A stretch of 46,039 bases of DNA from the sequence record OL362271.1, one strand, 5' to 3'. The notes under the pieces were generated by a model. That model made no database searches. It had not been told where the DNA came from and worked only from the letters and a program-made list of their open reading frames with translations. Shown here in pieces: positions 42,001 through 46,039 of this stretch (its first letter is position 1; every line of letters begins with the position of its first letter). The stretch is from Klebsiella phage 6939. Position numbers and translations under genes: made by a program.

Positions 42001-42866
42001 TAGACCAAATCAACTGGGTGCAATCCACAATGTCATTCTTGCGCCCTATGCAGGGTATGATTGATGAGCTATCTGCTCGTAGCCTTATGACTAACGTGGT
42101 TCAGTTATCTAAAGGTGGTTCATTCACTGGCAAGACTCGTAAAGCATTCTTGGAGATTGGTAAGATGGATGAAGCTAATCTGGATGCTAGCCTAGCTCAC
42201 ATCCACTCACAGATGTCATCTGGAAAAGATATGTATGAAGCTATCAGAACATTAGACCCTAAACTACGTGATGAACTTGGTACTGCTATTCGTAGCATCC
42301 ATACATCTAACATTGGTCGTTCTTACTTTGGTGAGCTTCCTGCATTTACCAATAAGACGATGGGTAAGATTTTCATGAAGCTTCAGTCATTCGCATTAGT
42401 TGCTTATGAGAAGTCTATTCAACGTGGTGTACGTAATGACATGGCTGGCTTAGTAGCTGCTACTACTTTCTCAGCTGGTATTGCTTCAGTATTCATTGAT
42501 GCTGATGTTCGTATCCAGTCACTGAAGATGCCAGAATCTAAGAGAGATGAGTATGTTACTAAGCGTACAGAGGAAGAACGTGCGTATACAATAGCTGGTC
42601 GTATGTCTCAGGTAGCTATGTTCAGTACATTGGCTCAGGTTTATAACATCTTCAACCCTTATCAGGAGAGTGCAATGAAGCCATTTGGCGAGTACCGTGG
42701 CATTGCACCTATGGGGGCTTTCGGCAAGATTGGACAAGCAGGGGCAGCAGCATCACGCCTTGCAAGTGACCAGTCAGTTGACCCAGAATCTGATGAGTAC
42801 AAAATCTATAACTCTATACCTCTGCTCAACACAGCAATGGGTATGGCAATACTTAATACATTATAA
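39003..42866 (+). CDS. Internal virion (ejection) protein C, gp16-like large core protein
   Basis: 1287 aa, the largest gene. TAAGGAGATATAATG start context. Located before the tail fibre as in T7/SP6. Confidence 0.7.
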   Translation: MPQQEQVQQPGFGELFSTAAKQNWIFSAKQNSEDLMTYGTPVEGYKPTYDEVNKLKTDFKLTDEQSAILSGSLSPEELQYRAQVYKDKNDGQKTLEAAGWKGTAAEMLSYAADPTMLPTFAIKTPYVVGRALGAVGIQMSKTAVTGAIERAVGASIVGGATSLGQEAALSIYDPDRDVNDVVIAGLSGMVGAAAFSSLVDGGAAIAGKALAKRALGREMLDVVESTDWNAHLDLVNSADHNLNQAISGRLQSSSYSKYFKGLEGEIPDAVARKRVLTEGNAINKMIDDLLPTAEARMSRGDRLSLEANIKSGNHEMELLARRINEVESTIPTGSGKALSAARQSRSSELADLRNKLEQQRVAVEELRTTIEPHATGIHAQAVSDISRLKSGIIPDHLKEKYLDLITPEDAAPAYVEAKGNLPAKEEPQKVLPDEAARVEEETLSPTGDKTDTSIGAAEKKGAIIFPDTEGDLINSTMATSLAEMAKLGEKIPVTKAAGTTSIYGRVMAKMKDNSLRGIGALVFNDPHGAKTGIQSAVAFADTMRTRVMPKAVFIDEAARNEYIKAAGINPLLQAGKANDAIISFNREVALKINSLTDTKIAAGDDAITRAAKARAEAYRESLDMMKRYGVRGFEEVDERASYQPVIFGRNDITSALDTYGEDAVKEVLVRGYMGGKIPLSQKSAMVVADAMMDRFYRRTSSIVQSSSKPSISSRVAAVRDELIANGVPEKEIQTVINMLGDKSLDENISARAMKSLHPDITSETVDGLRFVDLMDTSIASVDKYVRDASAQSAFARNGLRSRRQVEDTITEAFKQHRQELSDLTNQYNDAVARKAKVREGVETPELDKIIKDYERLGNIGKYRKFLDDFEQDYFDGVKVAFGEPIEDANSLTTVGSAIGKMVNMTMLGFSGTAQVADLGVTVARSGLGASLRNLPTTVYHGVRSLLPSQKYFIGNNELSNLAEVMGTISHQDYLFGHKMMTGAEYGDAVIGHVSTADKVLDQINWVQSTMSFLRPMQGMIDELSARSLMTNVVQLSKGGSFTGKTRKAFLEIGKMDEANLDASLAHIHSQMSSGKDMYEAIRTLDPKLRDELGTAIRSIHTSNIGRSYFGELPAFTNKTMGKIFMKLQSFALVAYEKSIQRGVRNDMAGLVAATTFSAGIASVFIDADVRIQSLKMPESKRDEYVTKRTEEERAYTIAGRMSQVAMFSTLAQVYNIFNPYQESAMKPFGEYRGIAPMGAFGKIGQAGAAASRLASDQSVDPESDEYKIYNSIPLLNTAMGMAILNTL

Positions 42867-42875
42867 GGAGGTAGC

Positions 42876-45185
42876 TTGAGCTATACATATACAGTAGACA
42901 TCGGGGATGGTGTTAAGACTATATACCCATTTTCGTTTGCTGGTCAGGATGAAGGTTACTTATCAGTTAGTAACGTACAGGTATTTGTAGCTGGCACTTC
43001 GGTGCCATTTACTATCCCATCAAATGACCCAAACAAAGTTTACTTAACTTCAGCTCCACCTGTAGGTGCAGAGGTTCTTATCAGGCGTATTATGCCTAAG
43101 GATGTACCATTCTCTGACTTCTCTCGTGGTAACCCCTTCAGTCAAGATACACTTAACGATACAAACTTGCAGATGCTTTATGTCATCCAAGAGATTCTTG
43201 ATGGTTTCTTGCCAGATGGATTCTACTTCAAGGGTGACCTTAACATGGGTGGTCATAAGATTATTAATATGGCTCCAGGTGACAAGAGTGGAGATGCTAT
43301 CAACTGGGATCAGTTCCAAGTTGAGGTAGAGCGTAATGATGAGCAAGACCAGAGACTTGAAGCTATTGAAAGCTCTTTAGTAGCTAACGTTGGTATAAGG
43401 ACTGTACCTTATTACTACATTGCCACAGGTGGTGAGGTTAGGTGGCAAGTTCCTGTCCCATTCCAATCTGCACTGTTATTTATCAATGGTGTATTCCAGA
43501 ATCAGAACTTGGGTGCATTCTCCATATCTGATAATGGTTTTAACTTTGCAGAGCCTCTTGTTCAGGGTGATGAGGTTTATGCCCTTCTTGGTAGTGGTGC
43601 TGCTGCTCCTGATGATTATGCTACGCATGAAGAAGTTGCTAGTATGATTCAGGTCACTGAGGATAGCATAACACCTGAAATGCATGGTGCTAAAGGTGAT
43701 GGTGTTGTTCTTGATGATGATAAGATACAGGCAGCAATTGAGTATGCTAAAGCTAATGGTAAGTTGCGTGTTAGTGGTATGGGTAAATATCGTGTTAGCA
43801 AGCCTATTCTCTTAGATAATCTTGGACAAGGTTTTAGGTTAGACCTTCAGACTATTATTGTTGATACATCATTCCCAGAGACATCAGACTGGAAGACAGC
43901 TAACGGTGTTATTGAGGTTGGTGGCTTAAGTAACGGATCTATGGTTGGTATAGATGTTCGCGTTGGTTACTGTCACGGTAATAATAAAGCAACCCTGTAT
44001 AAGCTCAAGGGCTTTGGTGCAGGTGGTAGTCACTTCTGGTATGGTCGAGTTCAAAACTGTGTAGGTATCTTTGATGCTACACAATCAGATAAAGCTAACT
44101 CTAACTCTAACTTTGTAGAAGGGCTCTATGGATTAAATGGAACTTATGGAATCCGTTGCAAACGTAATGGCTCTTTTGTTGTTGAGGGAACTAAGCTCAG
44201 ATTAGGGTTCCTGACTGGTATGAAGTATGGTGGTATCCAGTTCTTTAATGGAGCTCAATACTTTAGTATCAACTCAACTGGTCTTGACTTCTGTGGTAGG
44301 AACTTAACTCAGCTTACTGTTAACTCTTTACCTCCTGTAGCTGTCAGGGAGACTATGTTAACCAATGATGCTACTGGTAATACCTTTGAGGTTCTGGATG
44401 TTTATCAGCAAACTGAGGGTGTTTATAGCATCTTAGTTATTGAGCCAGTTAGTTCAGAGAATGGTAGTGTTAACTTCTCATCTGGTCAGACTGTTACTGT
44501 AGGTGGTATCCAATACACCATTAGTTCTGTCACTACTTCTGTAACTGGTCAAGCATATTTTGATTTCATTCACGGTTTCCAAGGTGCTCCATTCAGCCGA
44601 GGATATGCTCAGTTCGATTATTTGTCTCGTGCAGTTGGTGGTAACTTCAATGGCACAGCCATGTTCTGGTACAACAGCTTCCAAGAAGTTAACCATGCTA
44701 TTAACAACGTATGGATTCGTCAGCAGGGTAATAGGGTATCGTTCGTTGATAGATGGACTGGTACTGTACTTATGGCAGTTGATACAACTGGTGGAAAGAA
44801 TGCAACTTTCCCAGGGGGTATTGTTACTCAAGGTACATCCACGTTTGGTGGGGCTATCTACGTAGGCGGAAACCGTGTGTTTGGTAGTGAGAATAATGTC
44901 AACTTACCACAAGGCTCAACAGTCAATATCCGTACATTGACTTGGACAACTGATGGAACAGTTACAACTACTAAGAAAAGCTATAATCTTACAGTAAGTG
45001 GCCCTAATGGTCTTACTGGTGTTGGAGGTGAATGTACTATTAAAGTATCTCCATCAGGTGCAGAGGTTATTAATGGTAACTTAGTTAATGGAATTACTAT
45101 AGGTGTTAGTGGATTTACTGTTACAGCTGTTCAGGGTTCACAAGCTAATATGAATGTAACATTTATGTTTGAGAGGAAGATGTAA
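42876..45185 (+). CDS. Tail fibre / tailspike with T7 gp17-like N-terminal adaptor and C-terminal beta-helix (pectate-lyase-type) domain
   Basis: TTG start 5 nt after AAGGAGG. N-terminus MSYTYTV...GYLSVSNVQVFV is like the gp17 N-domain. GAKGDGVVLDDDKIQAAIEYA is the hallmark motif of beta-helix depolymerase tailspikes. Confidence 0.8.
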   Translation: MSYTYTVDIGDGVKTIYPFSFAGQDEGYLSVSNVQVFVAGTSVPFTIPSNDPNKVYLTSAPPVGAEVLIRRIMPKDVPFSDFSRGNPFSQDTLNDTNLQMLYVIQEILDGFLPDGFYFKGDLNMGGHKIINMAPGDKSGDAINWDQFQVEVERNDEQDQRLEAIESSLVANVGIRTVPYYYIATGGEVRWQVPVPFQSALLFINGVFQNQNLGAFSISDNGFNFAEPLVQGDEVYALLGSGAAAPDDYATHEEVASMIQVTEDSITPEMHGAKGDGVVLDDDKIQAAIEYAKANGKLRVSGMGKYRVSKPILLDNLGQGFRLDLQTIIVDTSFPETSDWKTANGVIEVGGLSNGSMVGIDVRVGYCHGNNKATLYKLKGFGAGGSHFWYGRVQNCVGIFDATQSDKANSNSNFVEGLYGLNGTYGIRCKRNGSFVVEGTKLRLGFLTGMKYGGIQFFNGAQYFSINSTGLDFCGRNLTQLTVNSLPPVAVRETMLTNDATGNTFEVLDVYQQTEGVYSILVIEPVSSENGSVNFSSGQTVTVGGIQYTISSVTTSVTGQAYFDFIHGFQGAPFSRGYAQFDYLSRAVGGNFNGTAMFWYNSFQEVNHAINNVWIRQQGNRVSFVDRWTGTVLMAVDTTGGKNATFPGGIVTQGTSTFGGAIYVGGNRVFGSENNVNLPQGSTVNIRTLTWTTDGTVTTTKKSYNLTVSGPNGLTGVGGECTIKVSPSGAEVINGNLVNGITIGVSGFTVTAVQGSQANMNVTFMFERKM

Positions 45186-45466
45186 TGAAGTTAGTAGGTA
45201 AATTTGAACCATCAGCTGGTATGCTATTACCAGAGATAGATTACACAAATTCTGAATTCATTGTTAATCAAGAATATTCAAACCTGTCACTGGATGAACC
45301 ATTTATCGTTGTAGATTTGTACTCTGATGGTGAGCTGGTAGCTGAGCGTGTACTTGTCACTACACTCTGGGATTACAATAAAAATGAAGATGATGATGTA
45401 ATCAAGTTATGTCTCATCAAGATGAAGTCAGACAACATGTTAGATGATATGGTTATCTCTGACTAA
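45185..45466 (+). CDS. Hypothetical acidic protein, 93 aa
   Basis: ATGA overlap with the tail fibre gene. Confidence 0.4.
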   Translation: MKLVGKFEPSAGMLLPEIDYTNSEFIVNQEYSNLSLDEPFIVVDLYSDGELVAERVLVTTLWDYNKNEDDDVIKLCLIKMKSDNMLDDMVISD

Positions 45467-45475
45467 GGAGGTTTC

Positions 45476-45712
45476 TTGCTTCATGACAAAGTTAGTGAAG
45501 CAGCTATTGAATTAGGTAAGAATGCCCCGCCAAGTATTGTGGTGGGGTTATCTCTATTAGGTATTCCTATAGCTGACTGGGTACAGCTTGCTGTACTCTT
45601 ATACACGCTACTACAGATACATGTACTAGCTAAGAAGCATATAAATTTCTACCAATCATTATTATCTTGGTTAAGGGAGGTGTTAAGTGGCAGTCGTCGC
45701 AAAGGGAAATAA
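45476..45712 (+). CDS. Holin candidate (T7 gp17.5 position), 78 aa, two hydrophobic segments and a charged C-terminus
   Basis: TTG start after TAAGGAGG. TM-like PPSIVVGLSLLGIPIA and WVQLAVLLYTLLQIHVLA, then SGSRRKGK. Confidence 0.5.
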   Translation: MLHDKVSEAAIELGKNAPPSIVVGLSLLGIPIADWVQLAVLLYTLLQIHVLAKKHINFYQSLLSWLREVLSGSRRKGK

Positions 45713-46028
45713 GAAAGCAGCTACAGAGGATGAGATTGGTTTACTACATGCTATGGTTACTCAAATCTTCAAGCGTAAGCTTGGTAAGTGGATTGAGCTA
45801 ATGGAGCAAGGTGGAGACCCAGACCTTATTGTAGATATGAAGCAGTTAAATAATGTCATCAAGTTTATTGGTGACAACGGCATCGTATGCCAAGACCCGG
45901 CAGCTGAAGGACGTAGCGAGCTTGGAGAGCAGATTAATGAAATTAAGCGTAAGCAGGAAGAGCGCCTTAATCGTAATGGTAATGTTGTGCCGTTCCATGA
46001 GGATGAAGATTACTCCCAGTTTGGGTAA
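45687..46028 (+). CDS. Terminase small subunit (T7 gp18-like)
   Basis: GTG start after TTAAGGGAGGTG. 113 aa, located immediately upstream of the large terminase across the window join. Confidence 0.55.
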   Translation: MAVVAKGNKKAATEDEIGLLHAMVTQIFKRKLGKWIELMEQGGDPDLIVDMKQLNNVIKFIGDNGIVCQDPAAEGRSELGEQINEIKRKQEERLNRNGNVVPFHEDEDYSQFG

Positions 46029-46039
46029 GGAGGTAAGCC

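Noticed and set aside
39003-42866. N-terminal lytic transglycosylase domain in the gp16-like protein, as in T7 gp16
   Set aside because: No ES...GLMQ-type SLT motif is visible in the first 200 residues. The SLT-like motif in this genome is in the separate 183-aa secreted protein instead.
1-46039. tRNA genes, integrase or lysogeny module, toxin-antitoxin or defence islands
   Set aside because: No cloverleaf-compatible 70-90 nt segments with conserved GTTC/TPsiC-like features were spotted in the intergenic regions, which are occupied by promoters, terminators and repeats. No tyrosine or serine recombinase or repressor-like gene pair is present. The genome looks strictly virulent. A tRNAscan run would be needed to exclude tRNAs formally.

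Overview
The window reads as an essentially complete genome of a T7-supergroup podovirus with SP6-like organisation, apparently a circular permutation of a linear genome. All convincing genes are on the + strand, with roughly 60 CDS and no tRNA, rRNA, CRISPR array or integrase. Gene order is: terminase large subunit (1-1848), a right-end module (secreted SLT-type lysin, small TM protein, overlapping Rz/Rz1 spanins, a beta-helix tailspike), a ~1.2 kb repeat-rich non-coding region that must hold the physical genome ends (about 5850-6700), many small early genes, a single-subunit T7/SP6-type RNA polymerase (11159-13843), the replication module (primase-helicase, DNA polymerase, SSB, exonuclease, endonuclease VII, ligase), the structural module (portal, scaffold, capsid, tail tube A/B, three internal virion proteins, tail fibre/tailspike), then holin and small terminase. 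Eight copies of an SP6-like phage promoter (consensus about AATTAAGTTACACAATAGAAG) and a family of near-identical stem-loop terminators partition the genome into transcription units. Features beyond the standard T7 parts list include two duplicated promoter-repeat-palindrome modules that look like replication origins, a TTGTCTC-N6-GAGACAA palindrome family, three early micro-genes each bracketed by its own inverted-repeat pair, three replisome-region proteins ending in an acidic-Phe tail, a Pol-beta-type nucleotidyltransferase, an HTH-metallophosphoesterase / HAD-phosphatase / ligase cluster, and several TTG/GTG starts behind perfect Shine-Dalgarno sequences. Functional calls rest on motifs and T7/SP6 synteny read by eye. 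No database search was possible.
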